Source: Deltaproteobacteria bacterium (lineage in GTDB: Bacteria > Myxococcota > Kuafuiibacteriia > Kuafuiibacteriales > Kuafuiibacteriaceae). From it: 64,000 bases of DNA. Under the pieces are notes generated by a model that was not told the DNA's origin, ran no database searches, and saw only the letters and a list, made by a program, of their open reading frames with translations. The stretch spans positions 256,001 to 320,000 of the forward strand of contig JAVJQW010000008.1 in NCBI GenBank assembly GCA_040218735.1. The letters run 5' to 3'. A program made the translations under genes and the position numbers. Positions 36,371 to 48,876 of this stretch are shown here, in pieces; position 1 is the stretch's first letter, and every line of letters starts with the position of its first letter.

Positions 36371-37648
36371 ATGGGCAAGATGATCGGAGGTTTCGTCGTC
36401 GCGGTGATCGTCGGAGGCGGCGGTGCTGCGGCGCTCAACGTGTTCGCGCGCGACCTCGCGCCACCGCCGGTGATGCGTGCGCCGAGCAACCTCCCGGATC
36501 CGGACGACGTCGCGCTGGTCGAGGTGGTCGGCGAGGTGCGCGCGCTGATGCCGGACGGCCAGTGGCGGCACCTGCGGCAGGGCTTCTCACTCCAGCGGCC
36601 GACGGGGCTCGACGTCATCGGGCCCGAGGCCCGCGCAACGATTCGTTTCAGTGGAGTGACGCTGTCCGCGTCGCTCGGCGCGAAGGTGCTGATCGGCGCG
36701 CCCGGCGGGACACTCGGGTTGCAGGTCGAACGGGGCCGCGTCGTCGTCACGCGTACGGGCCGTGACATCTCCACGCACCTGCCGCGTCATGACACCGTGG
36801 TGCACGGGCCGTCCTACGGGATCTGGGCGCACGACGACTCCGTGGCGGTCGCGGTGCTCGGCGAGCGCGCCGAGATCGAACACCTCGGTGAGGAGCCGGT
36901 GCGTTACGGGCGTGCGCGAGAGATCGTGTTGAATCGGACGCGCGCCATCCCGACGGTGCTCGACGAGAAACTCGAGATCACCGTCTTGGACAAGAATCGT
37001 CGTGGGCGGCGTTATCGCTTCCGTGCGCGGGCGGCGCGCAACGCCATCATTCGGCACAAACGAAGCGATGACGCGTACGACACGATCGAGACGGACCTGT
37101 CCGGTTCGTTCAGCGTGGAGCTCGACAACGAGGAACCGGCCGACGGGGAGCTCGTCGCCTACGACGCCGCGGGGCGCAGCGCACAGATCGGGCGCCCGTC
37201 GCGCTCGCTCGCGAGTGTCCTGATGGCGTTGAGCGACGCCGAGAACCCGACGCCCGCCAACGCCACCCGGGAGGAGGCCGAGGCGCTGCGAGATCTGGGC
37301 GATCGGAAGGCGCCCCCGACGCGGGCCGCGCCTCCGCCTCCCGCGCGCGCCGCGCCCCCGCCGCCACGCGCCGCGCCGCCGCCTCCGCCGCCCGCTCGCG
37401 CGGCACCGCCGCCGCCCGTGCGCGAGGCGCCGAAGCCCACCCCCGCCGCGAAGCGCGTCGAGGCGAAAGCGACGCCGCCGCCGGTGAAGCTGACGCCGCC
37501 CCCTCCGCCGCCGAAGGTGCGTCCGAAGACGCCGACGATCGGTGAGAAGCCGGAGGCGCCGGCGCCGAAGGGGCCGCCGGTCGCGAAGGATGTCGACGTG
37601 GACTTGCTCGACGATCCCGACGACGAGATCGACGAAGACGATCTGTAG
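36371..37648 (+). CDS. membrane-anchored protein with a FecR-like beta domain and a Pro-rich C-terminus
   Basis: N-terminal hydrophobic anchor; LVEVVGEV, LQVERGRV, VAVLGERAEI resemble FecR strands; RAAPPPP repeats. Confidence 0.65.
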   Translation: MGKMIGGFVVAVIVGGGGAAALNVFARDLAPPPVMRAPSNLPDPDDVALVEVVGEVRALMPDGQWRHLRQGFSLQRPTGLDVIGPEARATIRFSGVTLSASLGAKVLIGAPGGTLGLQVERGRVVVTRTGRDISTHLPRHDTVVHGPSYGIWAHDDSVAVAVLGERAEIEHLGEEPVRYGRAREIVLNRTRAIPTVLDEKLEITVLDKNRRGRRYRFRARAARNAIIRHKRSDDAYDTIETDLSGSFSVELDNEEPADGELVAYDAAGRSAQIGRPSRSLASVLMALSDAENPTPANATREEAEALRDLGDRKAPPTRAAPPPPARAAPPPPRAAPPPPPPARAAPPPPVREAPKPTPAAKRVEAKATPPPVKLTPPPPPPKVRPKTPTIGEKPEAPAPKGPPVAKDVDVDLLDDPDDEIDEDDL

Positions 37649-37653
37649 CGCCC

Positions 37654-38649
37654 TTACGGGCCGACCAACCCCTGGAACCTGAACCGCGCCTGGGACAGCG
37701 CGTTGTCGAACGCGCTCTCCGTGCCGGCGGAGATCACTTCGCCGAGGCTGTTGTCGGTGATGAGGTCGTCGAGGTCCGTGCGGGCGTCCTGCGTCAGCGC
37801 GACGCCGAAGGTGTAGAGGTCATCGCGTGTGTCGCCGCGCGCGCCGGCGATGCCGATGATCGCGTTCTCGAAGCTGCCGAGCGCGCCACGGTCGGGGCCG
37901 GCGCTGATGACGAGCATCGCGGGCCGTCGGGCGCAGACCGCGCGTGTCCTCAGGCGCGAGCTCGCGAGGATCAGCGTCTCGAAGGTGCGCACCTCGCCGC
38001 GGTTGCCGGTGCGGAACTGATCGAGGCCTTGCTTGATGGCGTCGGTGTTCTCGGTGCCGGCGACGATCTCCGTCGGCTCCGTCGGTCCGTGGGCGAGGAG
38101 AGAGAACGAGGTGTTCGGCGGAAACGCGGGGAGGTCCAAGAAGCTCTGGAGCGAGTCGATCACGCGGTTGCCGAGCGCGGCGTTGGCGAGCTGCATGTGG
38201 CTCGACGCGTCGAGCACGATGCCGATCTCGATGAAGCGCGGATCGGAGTCACAGACCGGCAGGCCCATCATCTCGATTTCGACTGTCGCGGGGGAGCCGG
38301 CCGGCAGCGAAGTCTCGATACAGCCGCGGGAGACGACGTTGTCGTCGAGGTCGAGTACGGTCAGGTCGATCGCGATCGCCTGTCCGCGCGGGACTTCGTC
38401 GAGCACGCCGATGGCGGGGTCGATCGGGTAGGCGGTGCGGGCGCGGTGGATGACGGTCGCGACGTCGCTGACCGCCTCGTAGCGCACGGCCATGAGCGTT
38501 TCGCAGTCTTGGTCGGAGATGACGGAGATCTCCGCCGTGCGTCCGGCGGCTTCGACGAGCTCGTCGGAGAAGTCGGCGACGATGAGGTCGGGATCACCTC
38601 CGCAGGCGAACGTCGCGAGCGAGAGGACAAGTGCGGCGCGGACCCTCAA
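37654..38649 (-). CDS. vWA-domain lipoprotein (start uncertain)
   Basis: Lipobox TFAC; IVLDASSHM MIDAS-like motif, MLVISAG, LYTFGV; TTG at 38647-38649 taken as the start. Confidence 0.7.
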   Translation of the reverse strand: MRVRAALVLSLATFACGGDPDLIVADFSDELVEAAGRTAEISVISDQDCETLMAVRYEAVSDVATVIHRARTAYPIDPAIGVLDEVPRGQAIAIDLTVLDLDDNVVSRGCIETSLPAGSPATVEIEMMGLPVCDSDPRFIEIGIVLDASSHMQLANAALGNRVIDSLQSFLDLPAFPPNTSFSLLAHGPTEPTEIVAGTENTDAIKQGLDQFRTGNRGEVRTFETLILASSRLRTRAVCARRPAMLVISAGPDRGALGSFENAIIGIAGARGDTRDDLYTFGVALTQDARTDLDDLITDNSLGEVISAGTESAFDNALSQARFRFQGLVGP

Positions 38650-38698
38650 ATCGCTGATCAGGATCCCCCGCGCGGGCGCCGAACGCAATGTGGCCGTT

Positions 38699-41272
<2,574 letters not shown>

Positions 41273-41298
41273 CGCGGGCGTTTCGCCGCGCTTTTACC

Positions 41299-42453
41299 TC
41301 ACTGGTTTTTTCGAGACCAGGCTTCCTGGAACTGCGCCGCGACCTGCGCGTGCTTCTCAGGGTTTCGATCCAAAACGACCGCTCGATCGTTTTCGAAACC
41401 GATCCCCCACGGCTCCAGCACCCGCGTCCACGCCTTCGTCAGCTCCGCGGCCGGGCGATCGTGCAGCGCGACGTGCTCCGCGATGTACTGGTTCACGATG
41501 CGCGCGATGGCATCCGTGACGTCGTCGCTGCTGGTGACGCCGCCGAAGAAGACGGAGGCGTCGGTCCACTTGCCGGACTCGAGGGTGGCGTCGTGGAAGT
41601 TCGTGAGGGTGTCGCTGGAGAGCTGGTAGATCAGCTCCTCGGGGAGGTGCGCACGGGTGGCGAGGTACGCTTCGCGCCACGCATCCCAGTCGGGTCCGGA
41701 CGGTGCGCGGCCCTCGAGGAAGTGGGTCGCCCACGACGGCTCGAATGTGCCGCACACGTCGTAGAAGCGCTGCGCGTTCTCGGCGGCGACATCGTCGTAA
41801 CCGGCGCGCGCGTACAGCGGCGCGCAGTCGATCGTGAGCCCCGCGGTGCGCGCGAGGACGAACGTCGAGCTCGGGTGGTGCTGCGACTGAACGGCCATCT
41901 TCGCGACTTCGCGATCGACGCCGTCTTCGTCGAGGTGCGGGTGGGTGACGCGCACCAGCTCGACGGAGCTGCGCCACATCTCCGGATCGCCGTACGCGAC
42001 CATCGTGTGGCTGACGAGCATCTTGTCGCCCGCGCTGAGGTGATCGAAGTCGGCGACGCGCTCGTAGCGTTTCGATCCGTCGAGCCGCTTCATCGCGGGG
42101 AAGAGCGGTGCGGCCTCGTCCATCGGGACGACCTTGACCGAGTCCGCGAGCGCTTGCGCGAACGCGCGGATCGGATCGGCGGTGTCCGTGAGCGTGTGGC
42201 AGAAGAGGTCTTCGATGTTCCCGGTGTTGGCGGGGTTGCGGTTGCGCTCGCCGAGGCGGAGGAGGTGCTCCGCGACGATGCGTCGTTGGTCCGCAGACAG
42301 GAGGCCTTCGCGTTCGAACGCAGTGAGCCGTTCGTTGAACCGAGCGATGCTGCCTTGGTGCGCTTCGCTCAGGGCGCCGAGCCGCTCCCGGAAGCGGTCG
42401 GACGCAATGTGGTTACGGCCGTTCATCGAGTGATCGAAGGGAACGCTGACCAC
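41299..42453 (-). CDS. hypothetical protein
   Basis: 384 aa frame with coding-like composition filling the gap between clp and coaBC; no recognisable motif; the start could be the ATG at about 42426. Confidence 0.65.
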   Translation of the reverse strand: MVSVPFDHSMNGRNHIASDRFRERLGALSEAHQGSIARFNERLTAFEREGLLSADQRRIVAEHLLRLGERNRNPANTGNIEDLFCHTLTDTADPIRAFAQALADSVKVVPMDEAAPLFPAMKRLDGSKRYERVADFDHLSAGDKMLVSHTMVAYGDPEMWRSSVELVRVTHPHLDEDGVDREVAKMAVQSQHHPSSTFVLARTAGLTIDCAPLYARAGYDDVAAENAQRFYDVCGTFEPSWATHFLEGRAPSGPDWDAWREAYLATRAHLPEELIYQLSSDTLTNFHDATLESGKWTDASVFFGGVTSSDDVTDAIARIVNQYIAEHVALHDRPAAELTKAWTRVLEPWGIGFENDRAVVLDRNPEKHAQVAAQFQEAWSRKNQ

Positions 42454-42518
42454 TACAACTAACTCCGATGCCTCATCGTGTCGATATTCGAGCCTGCCTC
42501 ATCCGGCACGCGTTGTGA

Positions 42519-42532
42519 GTGACCCGGGTCAC
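42519..42532. promoter_or_regulatory. perfect palindrome GTGA-N6-TCAC (CRP/FNR-family-like site) in a divergent intergenic region
   Basis: GTGACCCGGGTCAC between the divergent starts at 42453 and 42600. Confidence 0.4.
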
Positions 42533-42599
42533 GAGGGGGACGACTTCGCGGGACATTTGTTGGAACGCGCGGCGCCGGCCCTGCTAGCGTCTCCATTCG

Positions 42600-43811
42600 A
42601 TGCAGGGGCGAAGACCGCGTGTGCTGCTGGGCGTCAGCGGGAGCATCGCGGCGTACAAGGGTGTCGAGCTGCTCCGCGCGCTGTCGAAGGCCGGCGCGGA
42701 TGTGCAGGTCGCGTTGACACGTGGTGCACGGGCATTCGTGCAGCCCCTGACGTTCGAAGCCATCAGTGGCCGCCCCGTGTTGACGGATGTCCTCGCCGTG
42801 GACGGAGGCCAGATCGGGCACGTCGAGCGCGCGCACGAGGTGGATCTGCTGCTCGTGGCGCCGGCTTCGGCGAACCTCATCGCACGCCTTGCGCACGGGA
42901 TGGCCGACGATCCGGTCACGGCGATCGCGCTGTCGACCGAGGCCCGTCGCATGTTCGCACCTGCGATGGAGTCGGGCATGTGGCGTGACACTGCGACCAC
43001 CGACAACGTCGCGACGCTCGAGCGTCGCGGCTGGGTGCGGGTCGGTCCGGCGTCGGGGGCGCTCGCGTCGGGGCGCAGCGGTGTGGGGCGCATGGCGGAG
43101 CCGGAGGAGATCGCGGCGTGCGCGCTTGCGTTGCTCGGTCCGCAGAATCTCGCCGGCCGGCGCGTCGTGATCACCGCGGGGCCGACTTGGGAGCCGCTCG
43201 ATCCGGTGCGCTTGCTGACGAATCGGTCGACGGGATCGATGGGCATCGCGATCGCCAACGCGGCGGCGCGCCGTGGCGCGGACGTGCAGCTCGTGCTCGG
43301 ACCGACGCACCTGCGTCCGGCGGCGGGGGTCGTGGTGCACGCCGTCGAGACCGCGGAGCAGATGCTCGCGGCGGCGTCGGCGATCGACGACGTCGATGTG
43401 CTGATCGCAACCGCGGCCGTGAGTGATTTTCGTCCGCGCGCGGCGCAGGATCGAAAGCTCAAACGCGGGCACGCGGGGGCCGACGTGCTACAGCTCGACG
43501 AGAACCCGGACGTGCTCGCGACGTTGAGCGCGCGGTGGCGCGCGACGCGGCCCGAGCTGGTGGTCGTGGGGTTCGCGGCGGAGACCGAGGACCTCGTCGC
43601 GAACGCGCGCGACAAGTTGGCGCGGAAGGGCTGCGACCTGGTCATCGGCAACGTCGTGGGCGCCGCGCGCGGCTTCGGGGCCGGCGAGACGGAGGTCGTG
43701 GCGGTGCGCGCCGAAGGTGAGACCGCGTTCGGCCCGGCCACGAAGGACGCCGTCGCCGAGTTCGTCCTTGATCAGGTCGTGAGCGTTGAGGAACAACGTT
43801 CGCGCGCATGA
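42600..43811 (+). CDS. coaBC: bifunctional phosphopantothenoylcysteine decarboxylase / phosphopantothenate-cysteine ligase
   Basis: GVSGSIAAYK, APASAN, APAM, ITAGPTWEPLDPVRLLTNRSTGSMG, AAVSDF, VGFAAET. Confidence 0.97.
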   Translation: MQGRRPRVLLGVSGSIAAYKGVELLRALSKAGADVQVALTRGARAFVQPLTFEAISGRPVLTDVLAVDGGQIGHVERAHEVDLLLVAPASANLIARLAHGMADDPVTAIALSTEARRMFAPAMESGMWRDTATTDNVATLERRGWVRVGPASGALASGRSGVGRMAEPEEIAACALALLGPQNLAGRRVVITAGPTWEPLDPVRLLTNRSTGSMGIAIANAAARRGADVQLVLGPTHLRPAAGVVVHAVETAEQMLAAASAIDDVDVLIATAAVSDFRPRAAQDRKLKRGHAGADVLQLDENPDVLATLSARWRATRPELVVVGFAAETEDLVANARDKLARKGCDLVIGNVVGAARGFGAGETEVVAVRAEGETAFGPATKDAVAEFVLDQVVSVEEQRSRA

Positions 43812-45208
43812 CTGATCCCTACGCCGCGCTCACCGACATCGTTCGCCAGCTCGAGACGGAGCTGGAGTGGGCCGCGCGCACGGGGATCGAGGTCGCCGAG
43901 ATGAAGGCGCCCGCGAAGCGCCCGGAGCCGGCGCCGGAGGCACGCGGGGATCGCGGGGATCGCGGGGATCGCGGAGATCCGCGAGACGCACGCCGCGATG
44001 ATCGCGCGCCACCGCGCGACGATCGCCCGCCCGCGCGCGACGACGACGGCCCCTCGCGTCACGGGCGTGACGACCGTGCGCCGACGCGCAACGATCGCCC
44101 GCCCGCGGATCGTGGGGAGGCCCGCGACGCGCGTTCGCAGGACCGCGGTGCGCCGCGCGACGACCGCGGGCCGCCGCGTGATGATCGCGGCGATGAACGC
44201 CGTGACGATCGCGGGCCCCCGCGCGATGACCGCGGCGACGACCGCCGTGACGACCGCGGGCCGCCGCGTGACGATCGCGGCTACGACCGCCGCGACGATC
44301 GCGGGCCGCCGCGTGACGATCGCGGCGATGACCGCCGCGACGATCGCGGGCCGCCGCGTGACGATCGCGGCTACGACCGCCGCGACGATCGCGGGCCGCC
44401 GCGTGACGATCGCGGCGCTCGGCGGGATGAACGCGGCTACGACCGCCGCGACGATCGCGGCCCCCCGCGCGACGACCGGCTTCCCCGGCGCGACGACCGC
44501 GGCTACGATCGCCGCGACGACCGCGGCCCCCCGCGCGACGACCGAGGCTACGATCGCCGCGACGACCGCGGTCCCCCGCGCGACGACCGCGCGCCTGCGC
44601 GCGAGCCCCTTCACGTGCTCCAGCAGCACCTCGACGCCGCGCCGGACCTCGACGCGATCCGGGCGGTGCTCGGCGACTGCACGCGCTGCAAGCTGCACGG
44701 GCAGGGGCGCCGGCAGATCGTGTTCGGCGTCGGCAACCCGCGCGCCGACATCATGTTCGTCGGCGAGGGGCCGGGCGCCGAGGAGGATCGGCGCGGCGAG
44801 CCGTTCGTCGGCAAGGCCGGGCAGCTCCTGACGCGCATCATCGAGGGCGGCATGGGCCTGCGCCGCGACGACGTCTACATCGCGAACATCGTGAAGTGCC
44901 GCCCGCCGAAGAACCGCGACCCGGAGCCGGACGAGGTCGAGGCGTGCGAGCCGTTCCTCAAGGCGCAGATCCGCGTCGTGCAGCCGAAGGTGATCATCGC
45001 GCTCGGCCGCTACGCCGCCCAGACCATCCTGCGCGAGCGCACCCCCATCACGCGCATGCGCGGTCAGTGGCGCGAGTACGAAGGCATCCCGCTCATGCCG
45101 ACGTACCACCCGGCCTACCTGCTCCGGAACCCGGCCGAGAAGCGCCCCGTCTGGCAGGACATCCAGGCCGTGCTGCAGCGACTCGGCCTCGAGATCCCGC
45201 AGCGGTGA
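43808..45208 (+). CDS. family-4 uracil-DNA glycosylase with a long N-terminal Arg/Asp tandem-repeat region
   Basis: CTRCKL Fe-S motif, [34 protein letters not shown]; ATGA overlap with coaBC. Confidence 0.93.
   Translation: MTDPYAALTDIVRQLETELEWAARTGIEVAEMKAPAKRPEPAPEARGDRGDRGDRGDPRDARRDDRAPPRDDRPPARDDDGPSRHGRDDRAPTRNDRPPADRGEARDARSQDRGAPRDDRGPPRDDRGDERRDDRGPPRDDRGDDRRDDRGPPRDDRGYDRRDDRGPPRDDRGDDRRDDRGPPRDDRGYDRRDDRGPPRDDRGARRDERGYDRRDDRGPPRDDRLPRRDDRGYDRRDDRGPPRDDRGYDRRDDRGPPRDDRAPAREPLHVLQQHLDAAPDLDAIRAVLGDCTRCKLHGQGRRQIVFGVGNPRADIMFVGEGPGAEEDRRGEPFVGKAGQLLTRIIEGGMGLRRDDVYIANIVKCRPPKNRDPEPDEVEACEPFLKAQIRVVQPKVIIALGRYAAQTILRERTPITRMRGQWREYEGIPLMPTYHPAYLLRNPAEKRPVWQDIQAVLQRLGLEIPQR
44155..44592 (+). 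repeat. coding tandem repeat, about 45 bp / 15 aa unit ([12 protein letters not shown][Y/D]DR), about 9 copies
   Basis: Recurrent cgcgacgatcgcgggccgccgcgtgacgatcgcggctacgac-type units with synonymous variation. Confidence 0.9.
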
Positions 45209-45261
45209 GCGCGCCCACGCTTGCGTCGAGCGCGCTCCGTTCGCGATCATCCTCCGCGACG

Positions 45262-46347
45262 ATGCGGCGCCTCTCTGCCATCGCGTTCCTGACGCTCGCT
45301 GCGTGCTCCGGCGGCGACGACGGCGACGACGCCCCGCCGCAGACGAGCGGCATCGCCCTCGACGCGCTGTGCGCCGAGCTCGCCGAAGCCGACTGCGACC
45401 GCGCGCAGGCGTGTGACCTCCTCGCCGGCAACTTCGATCACGACGCGTGTGTCCGCCGCCAACAGGCCAACTGGTGCGCGCCCACGGTCGCGGCGATCGA
45501 CGCCGCGGTCGACGACGGCGTCGTCGCGTACTTCGAGCTCGCCGCGCGTGAATGCCGCGGGGCCATCACCTCCCGCTCCTGCGCATTCGGCTTCGACTAC
45601 GATCTGCTCGCGCTCCCCGAGTGCCGCGCGATGCTCGAAGCCGCCGGCACCGAGGGCGACGCATGCCCCTTCGACACCGCGTGCGCCGACGGCTTCTGGT
45701 GCGACGCGAGCGCCGCGTGCCCGGGCACCTGCCGACCGTTCCTCGCGAACAACGCCAACTGCACCTTCGGCGACCGCTGCGCCGACGGCCTCTTCTGCGG
45801 CGTCACGTCCCAGCGCTGCCTCGCGCAGGTCGCGCTCGACTCCGTCTGCGAGCTGTCGATCGCCGGCAACAGCTGCCGCCCCGGCGGCTTCTGCGACACG
45901 TCCTCTCCCGGCGAGCCCGTGTGCCGCCCGGTGCGTGGGCGCGGCGAGGGCTGCCAGTCCGACTTCGAGTGCCTGATCGGCGCCGCGTGTATCCGCAACC
46001 GGTGCTCGGCCGGCGAGGACGGCGACAACTGCCAGGACGGCGCCGACTGCGACTTCGGCCTGGTGTGCGGCGGCATGCAGTGCACCGCGCCCCGCGAGCC
46101 GGACGCCCCCTGCAGCGCCGCCGTCCCGTGCCGCGTCGGGTTCCGCTGCATCGAGGGCAGCTGCACGGCGGAGAAACTCGCGGGTGAAGCCTGCATCGGC
46201 GACGACGAGTGTCTCCTCGGCCGCTGCGAGGACGACCTCTGCGTCGAGGCCTTCGACGACGGCGTCACCTGCACGATGTCGCGCGAGTGCCTCCCCGATC
46301 GCACCTGCGACGACGTCTGCACCGCAATCCCGCTGGCGTGCGGCTAA
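45262..46347 (+). CDS. cysteine-rich repeat lipoprotein
   Basis: Lipobox LAAC; about 40 Cys in repeated GxxC-x4/5-C-xxG-xxC-x3/5-C units. Confidence 0.85.
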   Translation: MRRLSAIAFLTLAACSGGDDGDDAPPQTSGIALDALCAELAEADCDRAQACDLLAGNFDHDACVRRQQANWCAPTVAAIDAAVDDGVVAYFELAARECRGAITSRSCAFGFDYDLLALPECRAMLEAAGTEGDACPFDTACADGFWCDASAACPGTCRPFLANNANCTFGDRCADGLFCGVTSQRCLAQVALDSVCELSIAGNSCRPGGFCDTSSPGEPVCRPVRGRGEGCQSDFECLIGAACIRNRCSAGEDGDNCQDGADCDFGLVCGGMQCTAPREPDAPCSAAVPCRVGFRCIEGSCTAEKLAGEACIGDDECLLGRCEDDLCVEAFDDGVTCTMSRECLPDRTCDDVCTAIPLACG

Positions 46348-46371
46348 GAGCGTCGCTACCCTCGCGCCCTC

Positions 46372-47172
46372 GTGAACGCGTGGCTGCAAGCGCTGGTGCT
46401 CGGCATCATTCAGGGGCTCACGGAGTTTCTGCCCGTCTCTTCGTCCGGGCACCTCGTCCTGTTCCAGCAGTGGCTCGGTGAGGCGTTCTCGTTCAAGAAC
46501 GAGGCGCTCGCGTTCGACCTCGCGCTGCACGTCGGCACGCTGATCCCCGTCATCTACTTCTACCGCGCCGACGTGAAGCGCATCGCGACGAGCGTCCTCA
46601 CGTTCAAACGCGACGACGACTTCAACATGGCCGTCTACGTCGTCCTCGCGACGATCCCCACCGGCCTGATGGGCGTGCTCCTGAAGGATCACTTCGAGCA
46701 GATCTTCCACTCGGTGCGCGCCGTATGCATCGCGCTGCTCTTCACCGGCGCGCTCCTGATGGCGACGAAGTTCCTCGAGAAGGATCAGAACGCCGCGCGC
46801 CCGCTCACCGCGTGGATGGCGCTCGCGATCGGTGTCGCCCAAGGCTTCGCGATCACCCCCGGCATCAGCCGCTCCGGCACGACGATCGCCGTCGCGCTGA
46901 TGCTCGGACTCGCGCGCGAACGCGCCGCGACGTTCTCCTTCCTCCTGTCGATCCCCGCGATCCTCGGCGCCGTCGTCCTCACCGCGAAGGACGGCGTGAC
47001 GTTCGACACCGCGTCGCTCGGGCCCCTCGCGGTCGGCTTCTTCGCGGCGATGATCGTCGGCTACCTCGCGCTCGCGATGCTCGTGGCGCTGGTCAAGAAG
47101 GGCGGCCTGTACCGCTTCGCGTTCTACGTTTGGCCCGTGGCCATCATCGGCCTCATACTCGACGTGCTCTGA
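46372..47172 (+). CDS. uppP: undecaprenyl-diphosphate phosphatase
   Basis: GIIQGLTEFLPVSSSGH, LHVGT, QGFAITPGISRSGTT, FSFLLSIP. Confidence 0.97.
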   Translation: MNAWLQALVLGIIQGLTEFLPVSSSGHLVLFQQWLGEAFSFKNEALAFDLALHVGTLIPVIYFYRADVKRIATSVLTFKRDDDFNMAVYVVLATIPTGLMGVLLKDHFEQIFHSVRAVCIALLFTGALLMATKFLEKDQNAARPLTAWMALAIGVAQGFAITPGISRSGTTIAVALMLGLARERAATFSFLLSIPAILGAVVLTAKDGVTFDTASLGPLAVGFFAAMIVGYLALAMLVALVKKGGLYRFAFYVWPVAIIGLILDVL

Positions 47173-48518
47173 AGATCCGTTGCCATGCGTGCGGGCACGC
47201 GTTCGACGCGCCCGCCGGAAGCGTCGAGGTGAAGTGCTCCGAGTGCGGCACACGCATCACGCTCACCGCGATGGAGACCCGCGCCAAACCCGGCGCGTCG
47301 GACGCCGTCGACGGCCACGCGCTCCTCGGCCGCGTCCTCGGCGGGTACCGACTCGACGCCGTCATCGGCGGCGGCGGCATGGGCATCGTCTTCGAAGCGC
47401 GCCGCACCGCGAAAGCCGAAATCGACGGCCCCGAAGTCGCCGCCGTGAAGGTGCTCTCGTCCGCGTTTGCGCGCGACCCCGACTTCGTGCGCCGCTTCGA
47501 ACGCGAAGCCGACGCCCTCCTCGCGCTCCGCCACGACAACCTGATCCACGTCTTCGGCAAGGGCGAGGACGAAGGCCTGTACTACTTCATCATGGAGCGG
47601 TTCGATGGCGAGGATCTCCGCAGCCTCATCCGCCGCGGTCCGATCGATCGCGACACCGCCGCGAAGATCGTCGCCGCCGCCGCCGCCGGGCTCGCGCACG
47701 CGCACGACCAGGGCGTCGTCCACCGCGACGTGAAGCCCGCCAACATCCTCGTGCGTTGCGACGACGAACGGTGCGTCGTGAAGGTCGTCGACTTCGGCGT
47801 CGCGCAGCTCGCCGCGCCCGACTACACACTCACCGCCCTCACGCACTCGAACCTGATCCTCGGGACAGTGAATTACATGTCGCCCGAGCAGCGCACCGAC
47901 GCCGCGAACATCGATCGCCGCGCCGACATCTACGCGCTCGGCGTCGTCGCCTACGAGCTGCTCACCGGGCGCCTCCCCATCGGCGCCTTCGAGCCGCCGA
48001 GTGGCCTGACGCGCTCGCTCCCCGGCGCGGTCGACAAGGCCGTGCTCTCGGCGCTCCGCCGCGACCCGGCGAAGCGCCCCGCGTCGGTCCTCGCGTTCGC
48101 CGCCGCGCTCGAGAAGGCGCTGCGTCCGTCGCGCACGTGGGCGGTCGTGAGCGCGGGCCTCGCCGCCGCGGCGATCGCGGGGGTCGTCGTCGTCGCGGAC
48201 CCGTTCGCGCCGAAGCCCGTCGAGAAGATCACCGCGGCCGAGCAGGTCGCGAAGGCGCCGGAGCCGGCGAACACCGCGCAGGTCACGGAGGCGCCCGAAG
48301 TAGCGGAAGAGGCGTGGTCACCGCCGCCGCAGTTGGAGCAGGTCGCCGCGCGCATCCGCGAGGACGTCGCGTTCATCGAGAAGCAGTCGGATCCGCCCGC
48401 GCTGACGACGAAGAAGCCGAAGGCGAGGAAACGTCGTGCGAAGGTGCCGCAGAAGATCACTTCGAAGAAGAACGCCTCGAAGAAGGCGCCCTCGAAGAAG
48501 GCCCTCGACGGGCGCTAG
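47169..48518 (+). CDS. Ser/Thr protein kinase with an N-terminal zinc ribbon (start codon uncertain)
   Basis: CHACG...CSECG; IGGGGMGIVF, AAVK, HRDVKPAN, DFGVA, GTVNYMSPEQ; TM segment and Lys-rich tail. Confidence 0.88.
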   Translation: MKIRCHACGHAFDAPAGSVEVKCSECGTRITLTAMETRAKPGASDAVDGHALLGRVLGGYRLDAVIGGGGMGIVFEARRTAKAEIDGPEVAAVKVLSSAFARDPDFVRRFEREADALLALRHDNLIHVFGKGEDEGLYYFIMERFDGEDLRSLIRRGPIDRDTAAKIVAAAAAGLAHAHDQGVVHRDVKPANILVRCDDERCVVKVVDFGVAQLAAPDYTLTALTHSNLILGTVNYMSPEQRTDAANIDRRADIYALGVVAYELLTGRLPIGAFEPPSGLTRSLPGAVDKAVLSALRRDPAKRPASVLAFAAALEKALRPSRTWAVVSAGLAAAAIAGVVVVADPFAPKPVEKITAAEQVAKAPEPANTAQVTEAPEVAEEAWSPPPQLEQVAARIREDVAFIEKQSDPPALTTKKPKARKRRAKVPQKITSKKNASKKAPSKKALDGR

Positions 48519-48790
48519 AGCGAGCTCTTCAGGTTCGGCGCGGGTTTGAAGGCCACGGTCTTCGACGCACCGATCTTGATCTCGACGCCAGTGCGCGGGT
48601 TGCGACCGACGCGCGCGGCGCGTTTGCGAAGCGTGAACGTCCCGAAGCCCGGATAAGCGAACCGCTTCTCCTTCTTCACCGACTTCGCGATGTGGTCGAA
48701 GACTTCATCGACGAGCTGCCCGAGGGCCCGCTTGGAGAGGTCCTTCCCGGCCCCTTTTTGCAGCTTTTCGATGAGTTCCGCTTTGGTCAT
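48515..48790 (-). CDS. HU family DNA-binding protein
   Basis: MTKAELI, GFGTF, RAARVGRNPRTG, VAFKPAPNLK. Confidence 0.97.
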   Translation of the reverse strand: MTKAELIEKLQKGAGKDLSKRALGQLVDEVFDHIAKSVKKEKRFAYPGFGTFTLRKRAARVGRNPRTGVEIKIGASKTVAFKPAPNLKSSL

Positions 48791-48847
48791 ACGCGCGACT
48801 TCTCCGCCTCTTCAATGTCTCGAGAGTTGCTCGAACGAGCGTCGGCG

Positions 48848-48876
48848 AACCTAGGTGCCGGGTTTCGAAGTGTCAA
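48848..48876 (-). promoter_or_regulatory. sigma70-type promoter for the HU gene
   Basis: Minus strand reads TTGACA-N17-TAGGTT, about 57 nt upstream of the HU ATG and overlapping the end of the kamA-like gene. Confidence 0.75.

Noticed and set aside
44155-44592. Regularly spaced repeats resembling a CRISPR array
   Set aside because: No unique spacers; in-frame coding repeat with synonymous variation; no cas genes
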